A stretch of DNA of 61,931 bases, filler included, from Hausera hauseri (taxonomy: Eukaryota): assembly GCA_046269625.1 (NCBI GenBank). It is 10 parts of 10 records of this genome, joined end to end, with 100 filler letters (N's around TTAATTAATTAA, not from the genome) between each part and the next. Parts side by side here need not be neighbours in the genome. Positions count along the whole stretch, not along the records: positions 9,701 to 13,743 come from JBJURY010799201.1; positions 13,844 to 29,835 come from JBJURY010355486.1; 8 more parts are not named here. One strand, 5' to 3'. The notes under the pieces were generated by a model that made no database searches, had not been told where the DNA came from, and saw nothing but the letters and a program-made list of their open reading frames with translations. Below are positions 9,701 through 23,169 of this stretch, piece after piece. Position numbers and translations under genes: made by a program. How positions within the stretch are numbered: the stretch's first letter is position 1; every line of letters begins with the position of its first letter.

Positions 9701-12285
9701 AAACTGTTACTCAGTATTCGTATGCCTTATCGGAGCTAGTAAAATATTATGCTAATACTGTTAAGACTCAGATCTTAATTAGAAAATCCAATGCAAAGGA
9801 AGACGAATAAAAGTTGAAACAGACATTCACTTATTCACCCAATTGTTAAAGGTGTCAAAAAAACATTAAAACAGATTTAAAAAAAAAATGTTTAATATTC
9901 AACGAGGTAATACGAGGCACAGAACTTCGAAGCTCATGTGAGCTCCTACAGAGACGAACGATCATCAAAATCTAATCAGAAGTTTACCCCAACGTATTAC
10001 TGAAACTTTCTAACGATTATAATATCAAACAGTCATATAATAAATATGTAAGCACAAAGTTCCAGATCTTATGCACATNNNNNNNNNNCAGTGTTAAAGT
10101 TTGCATTGCCTGGGGTATCTGAGTACCCCTAACAGAGTTTAACCGTTAATAATCAACAATATCAAATTAAACCCCAGCAAAATCAAAATAATTATAACGA
10201 TTTGAATGCTTCGTACCAAAAGGGTAATAATTCTGGTAAAAAACCATAAAAATAGTAATAGCCCATCTAATCAATATCAGCAAAAAGGTCAGGATATTAA
10301 CAGAAATGGTACACCCATAGTCTGTAAAAAGTGCGAACTAACAAGCTATAACTCCATAAATTGTATGACATCTGTAGACCAACTTGCAAGCATAAAACAA
10401 GAAAAAAGTGTGAATTTATCATACATTCATGAAACTTTAGATGTAAAGCTAAAATTAGACAGATTACCACAAATAGTAAAAGAATAATTCATTAACCAAG
10501 CTGTTAACGAAAGCAGAGAAGTGGATGACATGTTAAAAAGATATACCGGAAAATATGAACCCCGTGCATCATCTATGATAGAAGACGATTATATTGATGA
10601 GTTCGTTACAAATAGTATAATGTTAACAACGAGAAAAAGAGCATTAGATAAGATAATGAAAAGAATACCATTAACACCATCCGAGGATCTGCTACTTAAA
10701 GCAATGTCCATTGGATCAGAATCAAAATGGGATAGTTATGGTAATTATGAAACTAATGTTTATGAAAATAATCTGACTAATTTATTATCCCCACCTTCAC
10801 AATTCGATGAAAATTGTAAGGAAAAAGAAGAGCCAGATAAAGAACCAATAGCAGTCATAGATTTAGATAAATCCACGGATGAAGAATCTGAAAAATAACC
10901 TCATATTGATGAAGAATCGGATAAATCTATCCGGATAACGAAAGTAGAAATCATACGTAAACTAATGGATGTAACAGACATAACTGATCCTATTAAACCA
11001 ATAGTAGTAAATAAACCAAGTCCTCAAAAGGTAACGAAATCCGATAGTGAAAAATTTCTAACTTCGGTTCACCAAAAGAAAGCCAAAAAGATAAGTAAAG
11101 TAAAACAACTATTACTTACCGAAGCGGATAGAGAAGGAAAATATATAGCCCAAAATATCAAACAAGATACTAAAAATATCCTAACTGACGAAATACCTTC
11201 TTACGCTAAGGATTTACTTGAAATTAGCTAGTTGTAATGTCTGAACAATTAAATGATCCAAAAGCATTAAAACAATCGGAAGTCTTTAAAAACTTATTAA
11301 CAGCATTAAACCAAGTTCATAAGAAGCGATATAAGCAACAATGTTTGAACATAGAAAATATCATTGATGAAATCTTAGGAAGAACTAAAAAGATAGATGA
11401 AGAACAAATCAACAAGAATCCAGTTGACATAATAAATCTAACTGTACATTCCCCAGAGATTCAATTAGATATAAACCAAATTTTAAGCAAAGCTAAAAAT
11501 ATAGACATGAAAAAAATGACAAATGTCGAACAATTACAAAATCTTTTGTAAGTATTAGAAAATTATCTGAAACGAAAAGGAAAAATACCTTTTCTAGAAC
11601 GAAAAAACATACAAAGTGTAATAAGAGGTCTCTAAAAAAATTATAGATTTCCAACTCAAGAATCAATCTGTAGTAGAGATTTACTTCGATATATACAAAA
11701 TAATTCAAATGAAACTCTCTAGACAAGAAAAAATGAGATGGACAGAGCGAAAAAATCAAGTTGCTCAAACCATGGAATTCCCAAAATAAGTAAAATAAGT
11801 TTAAAGATACTTTCTCTGAAATGGATCGAGCTAAGATCGATTCTATTGAAAATTTTCTAGACAAAATTGATGATACTCTTAAACTAATGGCTGAAGTCGA
11901 AAAGCTGAAAGAAAAACTTGAAAGTAAAATCTTAAGGCAAATTGATAAAATCAAGGTTAATAAGCATTTGAAAACTTTAAATAATTTGAAACCCTTCTTC
12001 ACTGAACTTGATAAGAATAAACTTAAGAAAATAGAAGAATGGTATAAAGATGCTACCACAGACCAGTATGCATCACAAGAAAATCTTGGCGATATAGATG
12101 ATATTGATCGAGAAGAACTTGATAATATAGAAGAAATAAATAATGACGACGATCTCGAGTTAGCTGAAAGAGATGTCGAAGAGACTCTACAACAGTATGA
12201 AGAAATCTGTAACGAACCCTTACCTGCTCAAATAATTCGAGATGAATATTTAATAAATAAACTAAAATCAGATATAACTATATAA
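9701..12285 (+). pseudogene. gag: Gag C-terminal part with decayed zinc knuckle, followed by a long charged/coiled-coil extension
   Basis: TVTQYSYALSELVK capsid-like motif at the contig start; CKKCELTSYNSINC (10323-10364, CX2CX4[H>Y]X4C); consecutive same-strand K/E/D/N-rich ORFs to 12285. Confidence 0.6.
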
Positions 12286-13843
12286 CCCACGTTTGGCCAA
12301 AAGTATTAGATGAACAAGTATCGAATTGTTTAGAAGTCAAAATGGATTTAAAAATGGTAAAGCATAAAATTCCTGAGCTCATTACCCTTGTTAGGGGTGT
12401 AAAGGTTTTAGTAACGTGTAGGTTGATTTCGAAGTGCATATATATTCATTTTATATACTTATAAGGTTAAATTCATAACATAAACTATATTTTTAATATA
12501 ACATCTGAATGCAGTAAGATCATTTGGCGATTGGGTAGTCATCATTACCTGCGCCTCTAATTCTTGTACCTCTATTTTACGGAGTAATCTTTAATTTCGC
12601 TTAATGAGAAAGGTCCCTTTCAAGGTAATGATATTCATCATGGTTATATACAACATTTCTCTCATGATTGTTATTCTCTCTTTCATAATTGTTATCCTCT
12701 ATTATAAATGTCCTCGTCCTCGAAATACTCCAACGCTTTGTGATTTGATTTATGTAATGAAAATTGATCTTACAAATGTATTTCTACCCCTTAACACGCT
12801 AATAATTGTACCATTAGCTTGCGAAAGTAATGTATATTATGGAATGCTGGTTCTCCTCTATACTTGATTGAATTTTACTCTAACGATGAACCAATCATTA
12901 TAATCAAGTTTTTGATTATATTCTTCTATATGGACTGTGCATATATCATTCGTAGGGTCTCAATTTTATAACCCGATATCTAATTACCGATAAAAATAAT
13001 AATTGGGTCATAACTTGACCATTCCCATCCGCTATGATAGTTATTTTTATGCTGCTCCACATGAATTGTAATTGTTGTAGACTATTCAGTTGTATTAAAA
13101 ATATTTACATTTCCTATTTTTAGCGGAAGTTATAATTTTATAATTAGGATGCTAGAATACCAGATCTATATCGGAGACAATCCTTTAAATATTGTAACCT
13201 GTTATAGTATTATTATCGTTTACTAGAAGAAATACAATTTCATATAACATGTTCGTCACCATCAGGTACAATTATTAAGTTCGTGCAGAAATTATTAAAC
13301 CTAAATTTTACTTTATAACCATTTGCAAGTTTATTAATACTTAGTACCATCCCTTTCTAAATTGCATCGCAACTATTTCATCTTGTATATTTGATATGAG
13401 GTGTTACTGAACTCAATTTTGACTATGAAGCAAGTCATTTATTCGAATATATCGTTTAAATAAACCCAACAAAATATCTTTTAGGTTCGTCGATCTAAAG
13501 CTTCCATAACATCATTGGGTGTCTAGTTATCAGTGGCAATGTTCATTTTCTGTAAAATTTAGGTCATGTACGTAAAGATGAGATACTGACACTTTGTATT
13601 TGTCGTAATCCATAATTTGTATAATATTAGCCCGATCGAAATTGTGATTGCGTCTTACTAGTTATCGGTATTTTTAATAATCTCTGTACTTCCTTCATTT
13701 CGAGTACGAATTGGTCTGTCTGTCGGAATAATTCTACAGGTGANNNNNNNNNNNNNNNNNNNNNNNNNNNNNNNNNNNNNNNNNNNNTTAATTAATTAAN
13801 NNNNNNNNNNNNNNNNNNNNNNNNNNNNNNNNNNNNNNNNNNN

Positions 13844-14384
13844 AACAACAGGGAAGAACCCAGCAGAAATAATATTTTGAAGAACAATACATAGAGAGAG
13901 ATGACATGGACAGAAGAAAACAATAGAATCAACGAGGAGCAACGACCCAGAATGGATACCAGCAAAATGGGTATTCCAGGTCGGAGAAAGCGTATTAATA
14001 TAGAGAAAATCAGGAGCAAAAGATAAAGACAAATATGAAAGGCCGTACGAAGTCATCGAGAGAAAACATGACCGATGATATGTACTGCAACACGCGGACG
14101 GCAGAACCCTGGAAAGAAATGTGGAAAAACGGCCAAAATTCTTAAAGGAAGGGGATATGAGGAGGAATTGAAACGGATATTAACGTTTAAATTTAATTAA
14201 AAGATAATTCAATAAACAGCTAACAGAAAGTCAGGAAATTCAGAAAAGGAAAATAAGCCTCATTTCCCGAGTGAAGGAGATAAGTGTTATATAAACTTTT
14301 ATAATAAATCTCTTATGGATAATTCTATCTTACAATCATCGAGTGATGTTGAGGTCGGCACGGTAGAGACACGATCTACTAACA
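13844..14384 (+). mobile_element. 3' end of a Gypsy element: integrase GPY/F tail, PPT (14144-14155) and 3' LTR (14156-14384)
   Basis: FQVGESVLI*RKSGAKDKDKYERPYEVIERKHDR*Y..RNVEK, then AAAGGAAGGGGA and an LTR homologous to 15-248 ending CTAACA. Confidence 0.85.
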
Positions 14385-14447
14385 GTCACAATATCCAGAC
14401 CAGATCGAATTGCCTATCTGATCTGATCTGACACCATCGAACGTGTT

Positions 14448-17400
14448 TTATTTCAACCTCCAATGACCATACGCCCAACCCTTATTTTGCCCAACCCACT
14501 TTCGCTTATCATCGTTAAATAACAGAGAATTTCGCACTAGTTATTGTATACAGCTGGTGTTAAATTGGTCGGTTGATCGTTTGAGACACAACAGCCACTG
14601 ATTTTCCTCCTGTTGTTGCTGTTTCATACGGCGATAATCACCGTGGTCAATTTCCGTCTGTCTCAACTGGACTCCTTTTACTCGAATTTTCGGTCCACAG
14701 TCCGTCAGAAGACTGTAGTACTTTGGGCGTAGGAATATCCATTCCCGGTACCGGACATGACCTTCACTTTCATCCTTAAAGCAGCCGGTTTTATTGGTGA
14801 TCGCGCTGCTGTACAACGGATGATCCGCTGAGTAGTTTGATATGTCCAGTAATCCATCTGACTGCATTTGCTACAGTAGCTGTTCGTGATTGACGTTTTT
14901 CAGACGCAGGAAAAAACTGTATCACCGGCAATTATGTCAATATTGCAGCTGTCAAACATTTGCCGGTAACGTGCCAAATCCCGATACTGCAGCTCATACA
15001 CCCGTAACTTGCTCAGGTCCAATACCACTTATCCGATGTAACTTGACCGGTGCAGAACGACGTCTTCCATGTTTAACAGCACTTCAACCAATCCATCGGC
15101 AATGTGCATTGACCGCCGAAACTGTGCCTTGCTGGTATATGTAACCAGCCGCTTTTCCGAGTTACATAGGCGCACATTGAACCGCTTTTTCGGATTCTCC
15201 ACTGCTTTTCCGTACAGAGAATTGTTTTGCCGATTGTAGTAGTCCTTTTCGAACTTTGTACAAGCTGCGGCTCGTTTCTCCGAATTTCCATCTATGTACG
15301 CCTTGAATATGCGCGCCTGAGCAAATCGGATTGCACTATGCAGCTGCGTGACGCGTACAACGAGCTGCATGTAGAACTGTAGCAGACGCCAATGGACCAC
15401 GTAATTCAGCTTTGATTCATGCGACATGAGCAGTTTCTTCACTTTTGAGCCTGGCGGACATTGGTTAAATGGTGCGACCGTAAATTGTCTAAAACGTCAT
15501 GCAGCTCATCTGGTATCTCGAGATCGACCTCCATCAGGTATCCGACTGAGACTGTCATGTCTGCTCATGGTAGGTTTGTCATTATGTCATCCAGATCTTG
15601 CTGTCGACTACCCATTCAAGTGAACCGTACGGCAAGGGTTGCGAAAGCGCCCAGCCGTACAGGTTATTAATATCAATGTGCAGCAGTGATGTGATATCGG
15701 TACCACTGACCTGATGCTTGTTGACAAATGTCATGCCAACATCAAACATTCGGTACATTTCCGGGTCTTGCAGCAGCTCAATGTCTTGATCCAGTGACAT
15801 CAGAGCTGACGCCCAACTCATTCTCGGTATGGAATAAAAGTTGAGTGGCTCAAACCTATCATTCGCCAGCACTTTGGTCCAAAATGCTTCGAACACGTCG
15901 GATAATAAATACACGCCCAGTGTGAGGTACTGGACATGTAATCTAACATGTTTCTACAGCCCAGTTCTATCCAAGATTCTTATGCTCTCCGATATTCATC
16001 TTCTGCGATACCTGTCCATCGCGGCAGTAATTCCTCTGTTATCCAGAGTCGCTCATATGATGTTGCAAAGTCATATGGAAATATGCATTTGCTGTGTGCA
16101 ATATGTGTGGGGAACTACGTTGAGGTTACTCGCACATCCGGCAAGGCATTTGCCAGCTTCGCCAGTGATTCATTGAGAAATTGCAATGAATCAAGGAAGC
16201 GTACCTGGAACCGGTTTATGCGTGCTAACAGGGACAAGTATTTCTCCATTGTTGTTGGGATTATGGACAGTTCCCAGTTCGGAAATCCGTTGATAGCCCA
16301 TTTGAGTATATGGTGACAATCATAACCTCCGGAAATTATGAAAGACCACCCGAAGGAATGGTCGCACTCGCCCTGCTAAATTGCATGAATTTCATATTGC
16401 TCCCAAGTATTGATCGGCGCAATCGTCGTGATCCGGCACGAGCCGTTCCTGTGCATCAAACGGTATTATTTTGTGGCACAGATAGCATTCATCGGTAAGA
16501 GCGAAAAGCAACGGTTGATATTTGTCTGCCAAAATCAATGGCTTATTCCAATTGTTGTGATACCACGGCGCGATTTCCGTTTCCACTATGGTTTCCAACT
16601 GTTGCAGGAAATCACGTACACGTTTCCAACCATTGAAAACGTAATACTGTGGTTTTCCGGCGGCTTTTATTGGAACAACCAACCTACCGACGGCGATTGG
16701 AATGTGCTTTTCATCGTATACGTTGGGCCGCGATAGGATTGACTCGATATCAGCATATACCGCATATGCCGAACTGTCTGTTTTTGGCCAGTCACTGAAT
16801 CTCAGCTTCTTTTTGACTGGCATGACGTACATTGTTGTCCTTGATGAATTTTGTCTGCACAGCGCCACATATTTTTCCCCATGTCGTTTTTGACCTGAAA
16901 CCTTGCAGACATGTAGGGCACCATTTACAATTTATACACTTTTTGATGAATTGGTGGTGATCATTATTCAGCAGTCTGTCCAAATTGGTTACTGCCACAT
17001 AGTGAAATTTATCTGCTTGCCGCAACAGCAACAAATTTACCGAGCGCCCATTCGGGTTCCGACTGCGATAAATTATATCCATGCGTGGGTTTTTGTATAT
17101 CTCTTTGTTTGCTGGTATTTCTACGATTATGTTGTACCGGAACACGTTGATTGCCAGTATCGGATTACGCCGTTTTGAGTTTTATCTGCATCCAACACTC
17201 GCCGTAGTCCAATTCTGAGAAATGCTTACTGCTATGCTTGGGACAATTTGCATGATGTCCGGACACTTGATCATATTTCAATATAGCCAGAATGCTGTAA
17301 ATAAAGCAGTATTTGTCGTTAGTATTTTGTACATTCACTACTGCCAGAGACTGCTTCAAGAATGCAGGTGTCGGTATGAATTAACGTCCAGACAGGTAAA

Positions 17401-18259
17401 TCATGTCACTCGTCTTGGTCAGAATAAAGCCGAAAGTGACAATCTTTACAATTCGCCAACCACTGCCCTTTTCGGTGTAGTTGGAGATTTTTTCATCAAG
17501 CTTTTCGCTTACATCGGCAATAAAATTCTCAAAGTATGATACGGCTCGATGTGACAGGTACCATTGTTTCCTGTCACCCTGCAGATTTTCAAATTTTGCA
17601 AGTGCATAATATTGCACTTTGCAGTGGTGTTTTTGTTGGAATTAGGACACCTCTGATTCCAACCTATTACGCACATTAGCGGCTACATCCTTCAATTGCG
17701 TTGCTGTTTTCGCCGACATGTCCACATTCATATCCACGTACGATCTGTTCAGGTCGTACTTGACAGTAATGAGCGATTTACGTTCCTGCTGCTGCTGCTG
17801 CTGCTGCTGCTATTTCTGAATTCTGTTATTTTGAAAGTATTCGTCAAGGCTTGCTGATGCTTGACGTTTCTTGTTGATTCTTGCTGCATCCATTAATACT
17901 TCCTTTTTGGACCTCTGAAACTGGTTCAAGTGGTCCTTGTGAATGTTGTAGAATTGTTCATAGTTGGTTTCATCAACTATAGAACAACCGGGACAAACGT
18001 AGGCCCGTTTACCGTGCACCGTTGTGGCGCCATAGTACTGCTCCATTACACCATGGCAACTATCAGCGTCATGCATTCTACTACTACTATAGTATCGCGG
18101 GTATGTAGGACAATACACAATCATCATCTTCTTGGACCGCGTGAACGGACCGAGATGATGCTTGTGCATCTCATAAAAGTCGGTGTACGGGCATGTGTTT
18201 TGAATATAAAACACGGGACACAGGTACGTGTCCTTGGCCACTGAATAATATTTGGCCAT
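14448..18259 (-). pseudogene. polB: Polinton/Maverick-type protein-primed DNA polymerase B with N-terminal zinc fingers and an EndoVII-like insert
   Basis: NVQNTNDKYCFIYSILA, HYVAVTNLDRLL, VYADIES, DINNLYGWALSQPLPYG, NNSLYGKAVEN, decayed AGDT[DS], GCFKDE, LRPKYYS, C-terminal DDKR..AYGH ending at 14448. Confidence 0.92.
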
Positions 18260-18910
18260 TTCCTTGTGGCATTACCCACCCTCATGTATGCGGGAGAGTC
18301 AATACATGGAATATTGCAAACATTTCTGAATGATAAACAAATTAAAGTAAATGTTAAACTAAGAACAAATAAAAATGTATTAATTATAAATAAATAAATT
18401 TAATTACAATACACCATAATTTATTCCCCTTACTGCAGTCTCAGGCGTAGCTTAAATCGGCTATAAACGTTCATCAACATTACTACTACTACTCTAAATC
18501 AAATGGAAGAGTATAATGAAAGTGAAATTCAGAGATTGACCGATGTCATTTTGACCGGATATGTGTTTGATGTAAAGTTTTTGTGAGCTTACAGAAACGA
18601 GAATAATTAGCAGGCGAAAGTATATTGAATTGATAGTCAAATCTATCTTCGTAAAACGTATCGGGGATGAAATGAAACGAGAACGACAACAACAATGACG
18701 TATTAATTTCCTCATTGGAATTGTATTTTCTGCTTCGCTTTGTATTGTAATGAAAAAGTTGACTGACCGTATTTAATTACAAATATGTATTATTTTGCTA
18801 TGTTTGATTTTGTGAATCAATATAATTTATTTCACGTCTTTATTGTTGTTGTTGTTGTTGTTACATTTCAATATAAATACTTGCGCTTCTTTATGGTATC
18901 ATATTACTAC

Positions 18911-19347
18911 ATGTCCAGTTTAACAGAACTCATTCGTTTATATCACTCGTTCGACGGCCTCCAGAGTAATTTTTACAATCTTGATCGACCTTTACATGAT
19001 GCACGATACTGTTCTCCTGAAAGGTACTCTGACGTGATGAGGAGAATTGGAAGGTACGAGAATCTTATCTACAACATATAAAGCAGGTTGCTAGTGACAT
19101 GGATATGATATTCGGTCAGTTGTTTCGCACCTATCGGAAATTGGCGGATTACTATGCTTTGGATGGAAATCCATGTCAAATACGGTTTTAAGAAGATTTT
19201 GTCAAAGGTGATTACATTCCAACGTGGCAGTCAGCAGATCGGATTTGTTTCAAGCAACATTACAATGTAACTAATTCCCATGGACTCGTTCATTCGCCTA
19301 CGGAATTGGTTAACCCACGTGGTTTGTGTGCTCCTAACATTCATTAA
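18911..19347 (+). pseudogene. Small orphan accessory gene inside the Polinton
   Basis: MSSLTELIRLYHSF.. continues through a frameshift to ..RGLCAPNIH*; no recognisable motif. Confidence 0.3.
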
Positions 19348-19957
19348 AAACGATTTACTTGTTGTTGTTGTGGTACAGAACAAAGGGAAATAAATGTTCG
19401 ATTCAGACTTGATTTGTCAGTATACCTGGTTGTTATAGCTAGCCAGACAGCTGTGGTCCGACCATGAGTCATTAATGAAAATTAATAATAAGAAGAAAAA
19501 TTATTAAAATATTAAAATTAATAATAAAATAGTATGAAAAAAATTATTAAGACAAAAAAACTAACATTCACTGGGCGATCCAACTTCGGTTGTCGCAAAT
19601 TTTTGAAATGATGATAAACTAAGTGCCATGGTATTGTATATGTTAGTGTGTGTGTGTAGTGGTCATAATTTATTGACACACACTGTTGATTTTGAAAAGT
19701 GCTTCCAAAAAGCAACACAGTCTCGACATCAAATGTCCAATATTTCAGGATTGAACTTTAGAGTAAAGAGCGAACAAATCATGAGAAATAATATGATATT
19801 TTCATTAATGTGAGATAAAAAATTTTTCCGACTCAACTCGTTTCGGTGAGTTCGAATATGCAGGTGTCCGGAGCTGGGTCAGTCCAATTTTTTCCGACTC
19901 TACTCGTTGCTGTGAGTCCGAATATGCTCGTGGTAATTTGTGCGATCGGTTGTAAGC

Positions 19958-20573
19958 GTCATCGTCGTCGTCATACAAAATAAAATTCACGATTTGTACA
20001 AAAAACGAACGCATTTACAATGATAATGATTTTAACTTTTTAACAATGCGTTTTTCAATTGCATTTTTCACCCGAATCCGTTGAACTGATAGTGAGGTGG
20101 TTAAAATATAAAATTTTCCCCAACTTATGGGCAATATATGAGACCCATTTTTATCACCGGCAGACTTGAACATGGGAAAATTTTACCCGACGGAAATTTT
20201 CCCAACCGGTTTTCTCCATGTTGCCTTGGTCAGACGAAACCGTGTCCATTCGACTTGCCAACACCAATTTTACCTCTGTACAAAATTTCGGTATACCACA
20301 AACATGTGTTGCGTTACTAGTTGCACATTGTCCGTTTTCTTCTTCCACCTCCTGTGCCGCTTCTCGGCGCTGTTAACTTTTGTTTGCCTTGTTCGACTCG
20401 ATCAATTGGTTTCAGTTCAAAGTCCATTGCCCGACCTTCTTCTTTCCCCGGGAGGGGGTCTCCGACCATCAGACATGAAATGCTCAGAATAGCGAGATAG
20501 GTAGGAAAACTGGTTCTCAGCTCGATCTGAGCACTTTTTGGGAAGTGGGCTGAAGCCTACAATTCTACCTACT
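19958..20573. repeat. Polinton terminal (TIR) region ending ...TTCTACCTACT (reverse complement AGTAGGTAGAA)
   Basis: About 600 bp homologous to 57757-58410 and 58440-58993; all three end at the same CTACCTACT; AGT-type termini are typical of Polintons; lies outward of the PolB gene. Confidence 0.75.
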
Positions 20574-21887
20574 TATTTGACCGCAAAATTAAATTGTGCT
20601 TATATTGGCGAACATGGATTAAAGCCGGGATGCGAAAATTTATTTTGTTCATTGGATTGTTTTTTATTAATATATGTCGGACATGTGTGATTCATTTTCG
20701 TCAAAATAGCAATCTTAGTATTGGTTAAAGTAGTAATTTTACTGATTTAATACAGAGTACTAAGCAATTTGATCCGTGTTCTGACTGGCATTTATATTTC
20801 TTAATCAGAGAACTATTTTTCAGAAAACAAGATCTCAGAGGTGAGGTGAAAATTTTATTTCCCAAATGATAAATTGATTTCAGAGGAGAATGTTTCATAA
20901 ACGAATGACAGTAATTTTCTTCAACCTTTGCACCAGATGAAAAACATGGATGATTAGTTTGGATGTAATGTATGTAGTACTTCGTTGGTGAAACGGTTTA
21001 GTTAGTAGATAAAGGAAAATATTTTCTGAGCAGACAAACAAAAGCCCGGCCCGAAGTAGCAACGGGCGCAAAGACCAAAACGGTGGCGGATGGCCAGAAA
21101 ACATGATTACGCCCGAAACCGCAACACCGCACGTAGTATGTTTGTTATGGTCAATTAAAATTGACATGTTAAAATAAATATCGGATTGAAGACAAGATTC
21201 CAAAATGGTAATGTCAAAAAATCAAATTAAATATTGCAAAACGAAATCGTGTAATTTTTTAGAACAGTATACAAAAGTCAAAATGGCAGAAAATGCACGT
21301 GTGTACAACAATTATCATTAATGCCATTATAAATTTCGCAGCGTCTTTCTGAATATTTAAACAAAAATAAAAAAATCATGTGGGGTTAAGACGGCGATAG
21401 TATGCCCTCCCTTCAACATTTCGTTTTCTATTTATAGTTAATAAGTGGACTTGTCTTCACCGAAAATCATCCGAATGTTACCACTGTACGAAACGCTGCA
21501 AATGTTCAAATAATGTTCTTCGCTAAACGTCTGCGGTGATAATAACAACGCAATGGCAACGGCTTGTTCGACATTTCGATTGCGAGAAACTTGAAATCCT
21601 CCAAAACATCACTGTTGTCAGTGATGTTTTTCTTTATCCAAACGACGGGTTTGTGGAGTCAACGCCTAACGTAAAGATGTTTCCACGGTTTTAAGACATT
21701 AATAAATGATTTTATCGAGATTACTCCGCATTTGATTAGTTGATTTTTACAACGGAGGAGAGGATTGAAATAGACATTGGCATCAAAACGACTCGACTGA
21801 ATTCGATCGATAAATTTGGTACGTAAACGCTGACAATTTTTGAAGATCGATCTTTCAGTGTTTGCTAAAAAATAACCTGAAGAAAAT

Positions 21888-22512
21888 TTAGCATTTTATG
21901 GGGAATGAATTGTCTGATATTGCAGCAAAGTCAGTGTCGGATTTCTGTACAGAATGATCGTAGTGACTTGTGTTGTTGTTGTTTTCACTTTCGGTATTTA
22001 AGATTTCGAGAGACTGATTCGTAGAAATGGGTGAGGAGAAGGTATTTTGCATTTCGCTTGTTGTATCGATGGTTAGGTTTTTGTTGTTTTCGGTGCCTGT
22101 TCTTTTCGGCCTTGGACGATAACGGTAATCAGGATGTTCTTCCATATGCTGTTTACTGAGTCGTGATTGTTCTTCATAATGCAGCCGTTTTTCTACCGTC
22201 GACATAGATTTCCATTTTTTTGCCTTCAGAAATTTTACTTCTCTTCTCACGAGACCAGACCATAAATGCATTCATTGGTCGTTTGTCGTGATTTTCGCGA
22301 ATCCGTCCATTCATTTCACCTGGTCTGTTTGTTCTAATTATGCGTGTATTGAGTAGAGACAATGGTTCAGATTTCAATGATTTATTAACAGATACGTCTA
22401 GCGACATCGCATTTTCTCGATCATTGGACTTCATTGAGCAATTCGAATTGGTCGTTTGTGGAGTCGCATTGCGGATAACGTAATTCGGCACTGACAAACC
22501 CGGTCCAGTCAT
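21888..22512 (-). pseudogene. SoxD: SoxD (Sox5/6-like) HMG-box fragment with internal deletion and frameshift
   Basis: [20 protein letters not shown] and [40 protein letters not shown]; the PDMHNSNISKILG segment is absent. Confidence 0.9.
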
Positions 22513-23169
22513 ATTTGGCAGAATCGAATTAAATGTTTAGATTGATTCCGGAAATTGCATTATTATTGTTGGTGTTTTGAGCGAACTGCTGATACCAGAG
22601 ATAGAACTGAGTAAGAATTTCTGGATTGAAATGACTACTGGACATTATCTTATTCAAGACGCAACGATTTTCTGTTCGTGTTTGATGGTAGGTTTTTTTT
22701 GTCAATTTTGTCTTTATTGATTATTAAAACAATCATAATAAATACATTTAGTCAAAAAGCTATATAATAGCTTAATAACCGTTGTACGAAGAGCGGTAAA
22801 CAAACTGCGTTCGGGAGCGTGCATTATAAAACATCTGAGGTGTACGATATGAGAAATATAAATTTATGAATGCTAAAGAAAATAGTTTGAATCAATATGA
22901 TTGTCAACTAAGAGCAACCACTAATGACCATGTACTTGATTTCAGTGATGGTAAGGCACCAGTTGATGTTTCCCTTGATGGTCCACGATAATTATTCATC
23001 AGCGGTTCTGATTCTGAAAATGTTTGTCGTGAACTGATAGAACCGGTGTTCTTTATGAATTTTTGATTTGTCACCATATTGGAATATTCAAACTATTCTT
23101 ATTTGAGGATACTGTTCTTGGAATTTACAGTTGGTGTCAGCCGGTATTTATGACGTTTATCTTTACTTT

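Noticed and set aside
11493-12059. Hydrophobic antisense ORFs (also 1024-1425, 4141-4584, 25267-25668, 51803-52102) as membrane proteins
   Set aside because: Shadows of K/E/N-rich sense ORFs on the opposite strand.
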